From assembly GCA_016207685.1 (NCBI GenBank), contig JACQPE010000068.1, positions 1 to 48,084 on the forward strand: 48,084 nt of DNA, written 5' to 3'. Numbering within the stretch: the stretch's first letter is position 1; each line of letters begins with the position of its first letter. The stretch comes from Elusimicrobiota bacterium (GTDB taxonomy: Bacteria > Elusimicrobiota > Elusimicrobia > JACQPE01). A program made the translations under genes and the position numbers. The notes beneath the pieces were generated by a model. It was given only the letters and a program-made list of their open reading frames with translations, searched no databases and was not told where the DNA came from. Shown one piece after another: positions 1 to 8,963 of this stretch.

Positions 1-60
1 AAACTTTTAGGGGTTAACATTCCTCCGGGTCTAGGTCGTTCCGGACGCGATCCCTGGGCG

Positions 61-3054
61 ATGGAACAACGATCCCGTGCCATGAGCCCAGGCGAAGCCC
101 AGCGCGTGACCAGGCATTTGGCGCCGTCGGTCATGTCCGGATGGAGCGATCTTGCCGAGGATCAAAAAACCGAGCGTTTCAGCGAATGGAGTCGTCGCCT
201 GGAGGCGCAATGCCGGTCCCTAGGCGATGATTTGTGCCGGGAAACCAAAAAAATGTCGTTTAAGATCCAAAAAGATACGGCCCAAGAATTTCACTCGGAT
301 GAACCACCTATCGGCATCATCACGCCGGCTGAAACAAACGGAGAGTTCCATCCGGAAATAGCCCGCACTATCAACCGCGAAGAATTTGAAGCCGCCCAAG
401 CTCAAGGCCAAATCTGGCAATATCACGCGATTACCGGAAATCTGATCCCCCTGCGCGAATCCTGGAATCAAAACGATCCGAAACGCCTCTTTCTCGCGCC
501 CGGAGGCGCCAGCCCATCGCCGCCTGCTTCGGTCGCCGCGGCCTCGCGCCTGGGAGCTTTGGAGATTCATTTAAGCCAAAACGAACGCCTTCGCTTAAGA
601 AACGCCGGCTTCTCGGCTTCTGAAGCGTGGCGTCGCCAATCGCATCGTCACGACGCATATCTCGATACTCCTGATTCCTATGCTGTTTTATCCGGCGTCG
701 CCGGATCGTCGCAGACCTGGCGCGTGGTTCTGGAAAGCGAAGCCCTGGAATTGGTTGAAAAACAAGAGCTTTCCCTGAAACGTTCCAGCACCGGTGAAAC
801 AATTGATCCGGCGGCTTTTAAATCCCAAGAATTCTGGAATCATGATATGTTGGAGATATATCTCAACGGCGATTACCGGTTTGAAAATTATTCAGGCGAA
901 CGCATCTGGACCTATGAGGAACTCTGGCGGGAAGGGCGGCTGGCTGTTTTCGAAGAAATTCCCGGAGGCGGCTCCTGGAACCGGGTGCATGCCAGTGTTC
1001 TTGAAAATCCTTCCTGGGGCGAGCGCGCCCTCAAGATATTGGCCTATTTCGGATCAACGCCTGAAATCGTCGGCAGCGCCACGTTGGATCAATTGATGCT
1101 CGAAACCTCGTTTGTGCGCGAAATCATTCTCACGCAACGAGGCGCCGAGCGCTTGAAAAATCAGGCCGAGGAGAATCTTGGGCAGGCCCGGCAAGCGGCT
1201 TATGTGTATCTTAAAACAGTTCATGGATTCAGCCGTGACGGTCAGGGCCGCGTTACTGAAATTTATCTGACTGCTAAAGAAATGGAAAAGGCTAAAAAGC
1301 GCCACTCCAAATCAGAGCTTTATCTTTCCGGTAAAATGGTCCTTTTTCTGACCACTAATGGTCAAATCACCGAGGTGCTCATGAACGCCATGGATGGCAA
1401 ACAAACACGCCTGGCGCTTCAGGGTGACACCGCAGGTGCCGGACAATGGGGTAGCGAATGGGCCGCCATTGAACTTGGGTCAGATTATCGGGTTTTACGC
1501 ATTTACCAGGCTTCGGATTTAAAAGACGGCGTTCCTAATGAATGGGCCTATTATATGGATGATCGCAAGATCTATCATATCAATGACAACATTTTTCCGG
1601 GCGGCGCGGATGCGGGACGCGCACGGGCTTTGGCGACGGTTAATACGGCCAATGGCTCTCTGGTGTTGGCGCCCTCAACCACGCTTAATGAGGGGACCCG
1701 AAAGGCACAACGCCACATCAACCGCGTTATCGCTCATAATGTGATCGGCACTTTGGCTCTAGCCGGTGAAATCGGGGTTGAAGCGGTATTTGCCCCGTGG
1801 ACCCTGCCCTTTGGCGCGGGCGTCGGCGGCGCCAACGTTGCCGAACGCGTGTCCACGCGAGCGGGCGAGGGCAGCATGGAAAAATCTTGGGGCTTTTGGT
1901 TTGATGCGCTGCGCGAGGTGGGTGATTTTGTTCTTTTCAAACGCGTCATCCCGCAACCAAAAGACCGGTTAAACGACCCCAGCGGCAATCCCGTTCAAAT
2001 CACCGAAAAACCCGCCACGTTTTGGGACCGCGCTCTTTATTGGGCCACGTTCACGCTGTGCGGCCGCATTGATGAACGCCGCGTCGAAGTTGATCCCGAA
2101 ACGCATGAAAAGACCTATCACTACGTGCGCCCGGGCCTTAAGGCCTTGCGGCGCTCTCAAGGCTATCACATTGAAGAAGAAGAGAGCAGGCGCGAGCAGG
2201 CGCTGGCGCAATTTAACGGCGGGCTCGCTCTCCAGGAGTCAAAAACATCCCGGGGCGTTTACGGCGACTACCGCGAGTCTCATGTTCAGGTCATTCCCAA
2301 AGGAGAATCTTATGCACGGGCCCTCACCTCTTTAAGATCGCTCGGGGTGCGCTTGACGCCTGATGGCGCTTTTTATTTAGACGTCGTTCCGATGGAAGCC
2401 GAAGTTTCCGGGCAAGTTATTCCTGGAATCACCGGCGCAGAGCAAAATTTTGCCGCCCGCGCTGAATCCACCCAAGATCATTCGGCCGAGACGGCCATGA
2501 TTCAAGGCGCCGGCGGCACTTTGATCGCGTTTTATGAAAACGGCGTGGTCAAGGAGCGTTCACCCAGCGTGGGCGAGTCGGCTTTGAAACATTGGCAGCG
2601 CCAAATCGAAATGACTATGCAAATGAGCGAAGGTGTGCTTTATGACTCCCAAACCCAAATTTACGTGGACAGCAGGGGCCGCTGGTTATTTAATCCGGCA
2701 ACCTTGACGTTGGTAAGTTTCGATGAGCGCGGTCAGGTCAAGCAAACATATCAAGCCGTCCCGAGCGCCGGCGCGCGGGAAGAAAAAGCTCAAAAAGAGG
2801 CGGTCCTCTCGAGTTACTACACCAATTACAGTGTTATTTTAGAGCAAGGAGCCGTGATTCATCTTAATGCCCAGGGTGAAATCATGGCCTATGAAACTGG
2901 CGTTGCAGCGGTCAACGCTTATTTGGCGGACCATTCGAATCTTTTGCTGACCGATGAATCTATGGAGACGCAGGGACAAATTCTTTTTGAGAAGTCCGAC
3001 GGCGCCGGCGACCTCGTGATTAACCCCGCGGCGGCCTTGATAAGCGCCCCTTAA
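61..3054 (+). CDS. Large hypothetical protein (997 aa), no recognisable catalytic motif
   Basis: Longest uninterrupted frame here; the other-frame ORFs across it are short shadows. There is no N-terminal signal peptide. One ~34-aa hydrophobic segment (VIGTLALAGEIGVEAVFAPWTLPFGAGVGGANVA) sits mid-protein. No SD precedes ATG 61, so the start is uncertain. Confidence 0.55.
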   Translation: MEQRSRAMSPGEAQRVTRHLAPSVMSGWSDLAEDQKTERFSEWSRRLEAQCRSLGDDLCRETKKMSFKIQKDTAQEFHSDEPPIGIITPAETNGEFHPEIARTINREEFEAAQAQGQIWQYHAITGNLIPLRESWNQNDPKRLFLAPGGASPSPPASVAAASRLGALEIHLSQNERLRLRNAGFSASEAWRRQSHRHDAYLDTPDSYAVLSGVAGSSQTWRVVLESEALELVEKQELSLKRSSTGETIDPAAFKSQEFWNHDMLEIYLNGDYRFENYSGERIWTYEELWREGRLAVFEEIPGGGSWNRVHASVLENPSWGERALKILAYFGSTPEIVGSATLDQLMLETSFVREIILTQRGAERLKNQAEENLGQARQAAYVYLKTVHGFSRDGQGRVTEIYLTAKEMEKAKKRHSKSELYLSGKMVLFLTTNGQITEVLMNAMDGKQTRLALQGDTAGAGQWGSEWAAIELGSDYRVLRIYQASDLKDGVPNEWAYYMDDRKIYHINDNIFPGGADAGRARALATVNTANGSLVLAPSTTLNEGTRKAQRHINRVIAHNVIGTLALAGEIGVEAVFAPWTLPFGAGVGGANVAERVSTRAGEGSMEKSWGFWFDALREVGDFVLFKRVIPQPKDRLNDPSGNPVQITEKPATFWDRALYWATFTLCGRIDERRVEVDPETHEKTYHYVRPGLKALRRSQGYHIEEEESRREQALAQFNGGLALQESKTSRGVYGDYRESHVQVIPKGESYARALTSLRSLGVRLTPDGAFYLDVVPMEAEVSGQVIPGITGAEQNFAARAESTQDHSAETAMIQGAGGTLIAFYENGVVKERSPSVGESALKHWQRQIEMTMQMSEGVLYDSQTQIYVDSRGRWLFNPATLTLVSFDERGQVKQTYQAVPSAGAREEKAQKEAVLSSYYTNYSVILEQGAVIHLNAQGEIMAYETGVAAVNAYLADHSNLLLTDESMETQGQILFEKSDGAGDLVINPAAALISAP

Positions 3055-3072
3055 AGAATTCGTAGAATTGAC

Positions 3073-3864
3073 TTGATGTTTAAAGTCTCTTTTCTGGCCG
3101 TAATGAGCGCCCTAGCCGCCTTTCCTCTATTAAACGCTGCCGAATACAAATTCAAAATACCTGAAGCAAAAATTCACAACCAGCACTACCATGCTCCGCT
3201 CATGGCGATTCTTGGTAGAAATTCGGTGTCCTACCATTTAAGCGGCCAGCAGGAACCTGACACCGATGAGGCTAAAGGCGCCTATTACCTCATCATGACG
3301 CCCACGGGAGACGCCAAGCCGACCCATTGGATTAACCTCAAGGAAATTCTCTCCATGGATCAACTTCTTTCCATCCAAGTTCAACCCGGCAATTTGGGCG
3401 AAAACATGTCGCCGGTGGCCGTCCCCTTGGGACGTTATTATTTTGGCGGCACTCTCTACAATGTCCGTTACACGCCCAATAGCATTTTCACGCCCAGAAA
3501 AGGCTTTGTCTATTACGAGCCTCAAGAACAGGGGCTTAAGACCGTCAAGGTTTCATCGGTAGCCCTTCTTAAGTCCCTCCATGATATGTGCCAAACGCTT
3601 TCACCGCTGCCTCTTAAAGTCGCCCAGTACACCAAAAAAAACGACCCCCAAGGAACTTGGATTATTTTGACCAATATTATTGAAGAAGACCGTATTGGGG
3701 ATTTTGATAGTTTTTTGGTGGATGCCTCAAATTTGCCGATCAGCAGAGTTTCATCACCGGCCCCTCCTTTTCATATGGTTAATTTCAATAATTATGAACT
3801 CGCCTTGGCCTACATCGAGGATACTTCGGGCCGATTTTTATTTATTCGGGCCCGGCCCGAATGA
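3073..3864 (+). CDS. Secreted/periplasmic hypothetical protein (263 aa)
   Basis: The N-terminus MMFKVSFLAVMSALAAFPLLNA/AEY looks like a Sec signal peptide with an A-x-A-like cleavage site. The gene lies 18 nt after the previous stop on the same strand. The start is probably ATG 3076 rather than TTG 3073. Confidence 0.6.
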   Translation: MMFKVSFLAVMSALAAFPLLNAAEYKFKIPEAKIHNQHYHAPLMAILGRNSVSYHLSGQQEPDTDEAKGAYYLIMTPTGDAKPTHWINLKEILSMDQLLSIQVQPGNLGENMSPVAVPLGRYYFGGTLYNVRYTPNSIFTPRKGFVYYEPQEQGLKTVKVSSVALLKSLHDMCQTLSPLPLKVAQYTKKNDPQGTWIILTNIIEEDRIGDFDSFLVDASNLPISRVSSPAPPFHMVNFNNYELALAYIEDTSGRFLFIRARPE

Positions 3865-3950
3865 TTGACCCTCGTAATCCGGGCTTTTGAACTTCCCTCG
3901 GCGTTGGGCGTTCGAAAAAAAGTGATACGGGCCGCCTAATTTTAATATCT

Positions 3951-5144
3951 ATGAAATCAAGCGCCCTGCCGCATGGCGAGCATTATTTTGAGGATGTCCT
4001 ACGCGACTGGCGCGCGGGGCATTACCGATTCGCCCAAGGCCGCAGCGCTTCCGGCCGGCTCCATCTCATCATTGGTGTGAGCCCCGAACAATGGCGGCAA
4101 TTGCGCGCGCTCGCCAAAAAGTACAATGTGGCCCTCATTCTAAGCGGGAGCCGGGTTGTGGGGCCGCGCACGCGCCAAGTCACTTTCCATCCCGCCATCG
4201 CCAGCGCCATGCCGCTTGAAGTCAATCGCCGGCTCCCTTCGTTGACCTATCCGGCCATCAACAACGTCCGCATCACCAAAGAGACCATTAAAGAGCTGGG
4301 CTTTGACAACCCGCTCACTTCGGACATTAATATCGAAGTCCTTGATCCAAAACGTCCGCCGCATGAGCACCGCGCCATCGCCACCGCTATCGCCCATGAG
4401 ATTAAAAATTTGGACTTCTCATTCCCTGTTCGCGTGAACTATGAAATGGACGGCATTAGGTACGTCAACGAAAAAAATGTTCTTGAGCAGGGCGTGGGAT
4501 TCCTCAAAAGGAACCTCCCCCAAGGAAACGCCGGCAGCGATCGCGAGCTTGAAGCGGCGTTTCAAGAGCTTTACATCCCCATTAACCTGCGACGATCGTT
4601 ATTCTCGCGGCACGATTTCTACAATGGCGTCTTGCTTGCGGCGCTTGACAGCGTGTCCTTTGGCCTGACTTTGGGTTTTCATCCCATCATTCCCATCACC
4701 GGCCTGATTTTCGGCTTGATTGGCCGTTATTTGGCCCGGCTGCGCTCCTCAATCGCGTTTCACTGGGGTGACACCGTGATTTCTAATTTTTTGGCCATCC
4801 TCACGGACGCCGCGATCGGGATCAGCCTAATGACCGTAATCGTTAATCCAATCGCCGGCTACGGGATCACGCTCCAATCGCTTGCCGCAACCAGCCTGCG
4901 CCACACGCTCGCGCGCGGCACCTTGCGCTTATTCGTGGATAAAATCGCTTCCGTGCGGCCGGCGCGCATCCAAGCCTTGGGCGTTTCCCTGACCATCACG
5001 CTTAATTTTTTTCTGGGCATCCTCACCGGCTATGTTTATGCAGGCCGCCCAACGGCGTATGCTTTGCAGACTATATTGGCCGTTATGGGAACCATGATCA
5101 TTTTTGGCCCCCCTCTCCGGAAAGCGATAACTCCACGGGTTTAA
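3951..5144 (+). CDS. Hypothetical membrane protein: ~230-aa soluble N-terminal domain plus ~5 C-terminal TM helices
   Basis: 397-aa ORF. The C-terminal third is hydrophobic helices (VLLAALDSVSFGLTLGF, ITGLIFGLIGRYL, AILTDAAIGISLMTVIV, LNFFLGILTGYVYA, ILAVMGTMIIFG). I recognise no enzymatic motif with confidence. Confidence 0.6.
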   Translation: MKSSALPHGEHYFEDVLRDWRAGHYRFAQGRSASGRLHLIIGVSPEQWRQLRALAKKYNVALILSGSRVVGPRTRQVTFHPAIASAMPLEVNRRLPSLTYPAINNVRITKETIKELGFDNPLTSDINIEVLDPKRPPHEHRAIATAIAHEIKNLDFSFPVRVNYEMDGIRYVNEKNVLEQGVGFLKRNLPQGNAGSDRELEAAFQELYIPINLRRSLFSRHDFYNGVLLAALDSVSFGLTLGFHPIIPITGLIFGLIGRYLARLRSSIAFHWGDTVISNFLAILTDAAIGISLMTVIVNPIAGYGITLQSLAATSLRHTLARGTLRLFVDKIASVRPARIQALGVSLTITLNFFLGILTGYVYAGRPTAYALQTILAVMGTMIIFGPPLRKAITPRV

Positions 5145-5320
5145 CCCAAATTCCCCCTGCGCCAGGAAAGCCGTAGAAATCCAATGGATGCAAGTTCCAT
5201 GCAAGGTCCTCGGCGATGCTGGCCGTGAAGCGTATTACATGCCCAGCGGTTATGATTCAGGGTCCCAAGGGGTAATTTCAATAGGGACTTTAGTTTTTCA
5301 TTATTTTAAATTTTTGCCCC

Positions 5321-5349
5321 TTGAATTTTTTGAACGATCAAAATAAACT
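5321..5349 (+). promoter_or_regulatory. Candidate sigma70-type promoter for the 5407 gene
   Basis: TTGAAT (5321-5326), an exact 17-nt spacer, then TAAACT (5344-5349). It lies 58 nt upstream of ATG 5407, which has an AAGGGGG SD 6 nt upstream. A small AGGCG/CGCCT hairpin sits in the predicted 5' UTR. Confidence 0.3.
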
Positions 5350-5406
5350 ATCATCAATTGAAATTAAGGCGGGCTAGCGCCTGCGATAAAAAATTAAGGG
5401 GGCAAT

Positions 5407-6198
5407 ATGGGAGTGATCGGTTTTAAAGAAATGTTCCAGCGTGGATTTAGCCTGCTCTTGGGCCGCGTTGCGCCCGTGGGCATTGTGCGCCTTTTGGCCG
5501 TAGGGATTACTATGGGCGTCGGAGCCTGGGGCACGCGAGGGCTTTTGGAGACTTTACGTTCCGTGGCGCCCGAAGAAACAGCCGTCACGCCGCAAAATTT
5601 AAGCGAGCTTTTTAACTACCTGCCGCAAGAGCAACTCATGGACATCGTGTTTGCTCCGGGGCTTTGGTTTGCCGTGATCGTCAATATCATTGTTTTTCTT
5701 TGGGCGCAAGGCGCCGTGTACATGGCCCTTTACCCAAATCCCAGAAGCGAAAACTCCGGAGAGCCGCGCAGCCTTCCGGCGGTCCTCATCGGCGCCGTCG
5801 GCCTATTGTTTCCGTTGGCCTTAGTCAATATTTTTTACGGCGTCCTGGTTCTCATTGGATTTGTTTTGCTGTTTATTCCTGGAATTTGGCTCGCGGTCAA
5901 ATACTCGTTTGCGCCCTTGCTGCTAGTGGTTGAAGACGGCGCCACGGCATTCACGGCTTTTGGCCGCTCCAACGATCTTGTTAAAGGCCATTGGTGGGCG
6001 GTTTTTTTGAGGCTTTTAGCGGTGGGCGTTGTTGTCATGTTGGGTAATTTGGCCTTCAGTTTCATTCCCTTCGTTGGGGCCATTGTTGCCGGGGTCATTT
6101 TCCCTCCGTTCTTAAATGCCTGCCAGCTCGCTCTGCTGGAAAGCTTAAAATCAGCCGACAGTTCTGAGGTTCCTGAAGCAGAGCCGGCAACAGTCTAA
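5407..6198 (+). CDS. Multi-pass integral membrane protein (263 aa, ~6 TM), family not recognised
   Basis: Good SD. The protein is almost entirely hydrophobic helices (LLAVGITMGVGAW, LWFAVIVNIIVFLWAQGAVYMAL, LIGAVGLLFPLALVNIFYGVLVLIGFVLLFIPGIWLAV, WWAVFLRLLAVGVVVMLGNLAFSFIPFVGAIVAGVIF) with an acidic C-terminal tail. Confidence 0.65.
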   Translation: MGVIGFKEMFQRGFSLLLGRVAPVGIVRLLAVGITMGVGAWGTRGLLETLRSVAPEETAVTPQNLSELFNYLPQEQLMDIVFAPGLWFAVIVNIIVFLWAQGAVYMALYPNPRSENSGEPRSLPAVLIGAVGLLFPLALVNIFYGVLVLIGFVLLFIPGIWLAVKYSFAPLLLVVEDGATAFTAFGRSNDLVKGHWWAVFLRLLAVGVVVMLGNLAFSFIPFVGAIVAGVIFPPFLNACQLALLESLKSADSSEVPEAEPATV

Positions 6199-6249
6199 AA
6201 GAGTTTTAGGTATAGTTATTGAGTTATAAGGTTCATGGAATTTTTTATG

Positions 6250-6266
6250 ACTCTATAACCCTATAA
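6250..6266 (-). repeat. 17-nt word TTATAGGGTTATAGAGT (minus-strand reading), second copy at 41486-41502 (+)
   Basis: Exact 17/17 match between the reverse complement of 6250-6266 and 41486-41502. Both copies lie 8-27 nt downstream of a stop codon, in the sense orientation of that gene (purB here, the Crp-like gene there). Confidence 0.5.
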
Positions 6267-6276
6267 GGGCTAAAAC

Positions 6277-7581
6277 TCAATAACCCTTCTTGAGAGTGCG
6301 TTGATAAATTTTTGGAATTTGCCGTAGGAAATCCGCCGGTTTCAATGGTTTTAATTTAGCCTTTAGAACACCCTTTTCATCCTGGAGCATTTGCCAGAGA
6401 CTCTTATGTTCTTGTTGCGCGCGAAGGCTCGCCGACTGAATTAACGCATAGGCCTCCTTGCGGGCCATGCCGGAGGCGATTAGCCGGTTCAAATACGCCT
6501 GCGACGACGTCAAATCCCCCAAAAGGGCCGCATTGCGTTTTATGGCCTCTTCATTGACGATGAGGCCGGACAGCACTCCTTGAAGCCGCCTTAAGGCAAA
6601 ATGCGCCGCGTGAAAGGCATCGGGAATAATGCAGCGCTCCACCGAAGAGTGGCTGATATCGCGCTCATGCCATAGCGCCACATTTTCAAAAGCCGCGAGC
6701 GCGTACGATCGCAACAGGCGAGCCAGGCCGCAGAGATTTTCGCTCAAGATAGGGTTCTTTTTGTGCGGCATCGAAGAAGAGCCGTGTTGCCCGCGGCCAA
6801 AAGGCTCGATGATCTCGCCTACCTCCGTGCGCTGGCCATGGCGTATTTCTGTGGCCAAACGCTCAATCCATGCGCCCAATAAAGCCAGGTTCGATAAAAC
6901 AGCGGCGTGCCTGTCGCGGGGCACCACTTGAGTCGCCACTGGTTCGGGCGAGAGGCCCAATTTGGCCAAAATGGCTTTTTCTTCATCCGGCCCCGCTTCC
7001 CCGGAAGCGAAACTTCCCACGCTGCCGGAGAGCTTTCCCGTGGCAATTTCTTCCCGCGCTATTTTCAACCGGCGGCCGTGGCGCGCGCCCTCGGCCCAGA
7101 ATCCCAAAAATTTAAGGCCCAAAGAGGTCGTTTCCGCATGAATGCCGTGGGTGCGGCCCATCACCGGAAGACTCCTGTATTTCAATGATAATAATCGCAG
7201 AATTTTTTGCGTTGAACGATGTTCCTCCATCACCAAATCCAACGCCTGAACCATCTGGCAAGAAAGCGCCGTATCCATCAAATCGCTTGAAGTCAATCCT
7301 AAATGAAGATAGTTTTGGACTTTCAAATTTCCTGGTAGCCGCGACCAAATCCATTCCAAAAACGCCGTCACTTCATGGCGCGTCACCGATTCTTGGCTGC
7401 TAATGGCCGCAGTGTCCACGGCGCCTTTCAGGGAACGCAGTTCATTGATGTCGCGCTTACCGATGCCAAAATGCTTGCTTAAGGCCTCGAGCAGCAATGC
7501 TTCGATCTCAATAAAGAGAGCGAATCGGTTTTCTTCGGAAAAGATTTGCGTGATTGCCTTGCTTTGATATCGCTCAATCAT
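6277..7581 (-). CDS. purB: Adenylosuccinate lyase
   Basis: 434 aa. Carries the fumarate-lyase superfamily signature GSSSMPHKKNP. The N-terminus MIERYQSKAITQIFSEENRF and the overall length are typical of PurB. Confidence 0.93.
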   Translation of the reverse strand: MIERYQSKAITQIFSEENRFALFIEIEALLLEALSKHFGIGKRDINELRSLKGAVDTAAISSQESVTRHEVTAFLEWIWSRLPGNLKVQNYLHLGLTSSDLMDTALSCQMVQALDLVMEEHRSTQKILRLLSLKYRSLPVMGRTHGIHAETTSLGLKFLGFWAEGARHGRRLKIAREEIATGKLSGSVGSFASGEAGPDEEKAILAKLGLSPEPVATQVVPRDRHAAVLSNLALLGAWIERLATEIRHGQRTEVGEIIEPFGRGQHGSSSMPHKKNPILSENLCGLARLLRSYALAAFENVALWHERDISHSSVERCIIPDAFHAAHFALRRLQGVLSGLIVNEEAIKRNAALLGDLTSSQAYLNRLIASGMARKEAYALIQSASLRAQQEHKSLWQMLQDEKGVLKAKLKPLKPADFLRQIPKIYQRTLKKGY

Positions 7582-7694
7582 AATTTAAGTGAGTGTCAAC
7601 AAATAACCGATGTCATTAAAACCTCGCCCTGCCTCCTCTCCCACAGTGAGAGGGGTATTTGAAACAGTTGACAAATTCATTTATTGTACGAGCC

Positions 7695-8963
7695 TTAATC
7701 ATTATTCAAAATAAATGGCCCGGCAATGCCTAAAATTTCTTTCTTAGGAACAAAACGGCCCAAAAATTGAAATCCAAACGACGCCATGACGGCGACCACG
7801 GCGATTAAAACCCAAACCATTGAAGGATCGAAATGTCCCATGTGTTCTAAAAGATAGCCGGTGGTTACGCTGGAGGCCAGCCCCCCCAAGACGGAGACAA
7901 ACTGAGCGAAACCGAAATAAAATCCCTGGCGCGCATCGCCGCCGTAGTGGCCGGCAAAATTGGCCGTCAGGGCCAAAGATGCCGGCGAATGAATAACCTC
8001 GCCGATCGTAAACACCGTAATGGCCGCGAAATACCATGGCAAGCCGACCAAGTAAGCAATCATGAAATACCCCAGGCTATAAAAGCCCAACCCTAAAGCC
8101 GAAACCCGGTGAAGCCGGACTTGAGCGGCTAGGCGCGCCGTGACCGTTTGCAGGATCACCACGAGAAAACCGTTCCATGCGAAGAGAGCCCCGACAGAGG
8201 CCTCGCTCACGTTGTGAAATCTGGAAAGATAAAGTCCCAGCATGTTGAATAGCTGCCCATGCGCCACGGCTGCCAGGAAGCTCACCGCCATGAACACTCT
8301 CCATGGCCAATGCCGCAGCGACGCCTTCCATGCCTTAATAGAAAACGACGTGGCTTCTTGGTGGTCAAATCCCGGTTGTTTTAACCGGATTTTATCTTGG
8401 GGCAAATATTTTTTGATTTGAAAGTAATTTAACATCGTCAAAACAGCCGTGGCCGCAAACATGCTCTCAAAGCCCAGGCTTTGCGCCAGGAGACCGCCGA
8501 TGGCGGGTCCCAGCGCCCATCCCGCGTTGATCGCCACCCGAACCCAGGAAAATACGGCCGCGCGTTCACCCATCGATGTTCGTTCAGCGATATACGTGTC
8601 CGATGACGGATGCAAAAACTGCATGATAAAAGTATTGATAAACACAATGGCCGCCGTCAGCGCCGCCGGCGCGTCCGAAGCGATACTCGCGGCAATGGCC
8701 ATGATCAACAGCGTCCGCCATTTTAATGAAAAAAGAATCGTGGCTTTGGCTCCTAAATCATCCGTGACTTGACCGCCCACTAGATTGCCCAGGGCGCTGC
8801 ATGTCAGGCTCCCTGCCATAATAAGACCGATCGATCCCATGGAGATGCCTTGGTGGCCGAAATAAATAGGTAAAAAAGGAAATGACAAGCCGAAGGCAAA
8901 AGCCTGGAGCAGGCGACTCCAGAATAAAATTTTTAACGGGCGGGGGATGGCGGACCAGGACAC
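7695..8963 (-). CDS. MFS transporter (12-TM type)
   Basis: Hydrophobic 12-helix pattern with an MFS-like loop (GGQVTDDLGAK). The ORF is open up to ATG 9044, but that overlaps the obg 3' end by 82 nt. GTG at 8963-8961 overlaps the obg stop (TAGTG) and leaves a normal ~10-aa N-terminus before TM1, so I prefer it. The start is uncertain. Confidence 0.75.
   Translation of the reverse strand: MSWSAIPRPLKILFWSRLLQAFAFGLSFPFLPIYFGHQGISMGSIGLIMAGSLTCSALGNLVGGQVTDDLGAKATILFSLKWRTLLIMAIAASIASDAPAALTAAIVFINTFIMQFLHPSSDTYIAERTSMGERAAVFSWVRVAINAGWALGPAIGGLLAQSLGFESMFAATAVLTMLNYFQIKKYLPQDKIRLKQPGFDHQEATSFSIKAWKASLRHWPWRVFMAVSFLAAVAHGQLFNMLGLYLSRFHNVSEASVGALFAWNGFLVVILQTVTARLAAQVRLHRVSALGLGFYSLGYFMIAYLVGLPWYFAAITVFTIGEVIHSPASLALTANFAGHYGGDARQGFYFGFAQFVSVLGGLASSVTTGYLLEHMGHFDPSMVWVLIAVVAVMASFGFQFLGRFVPKKEILGIAGPFILNND

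Noticed and set aside
220-2335. Numerous 60-140-aa ORFs in other frames or on the opposite strand of long genes. Examples are 220-570, 431-802, 794-1096 and 1734-1988, with similar ones throughout the track (21451-21918, 19890-20474, 24717-25079, 36111-36602, 45094-45477).
   Set aside because: All are fully embedded in longer ORFs that carry recognisable family motifs or consistent composition. They are Arg/Pro/Gly-rich translations with no motifs, as expected of non-coding frames of GC-neutral coding DNA.
3910-3916. GTTCGAA T-loop-like heptamer, suggesting a tRNA in the 3865-3950 spacer.
   Set aside because: The flanking bases cannot form a T-stem (GGGCG versus AAAAG). No acceptor or anticodon arms can be drawn.
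4130-4360. Nucleotidyltransferase-like motif in the N-terminal domain of the 397-aa membrane protein (ILSGSRVVG ... SDINIEVLD resembling GS-x-G ... D-x-D).
   Set aside because: The two halves are ~55 residues apart instead of the usual ~10. The second acidic residue is replaced by Asn (D-I-N). This is too weak to call without a profile search.
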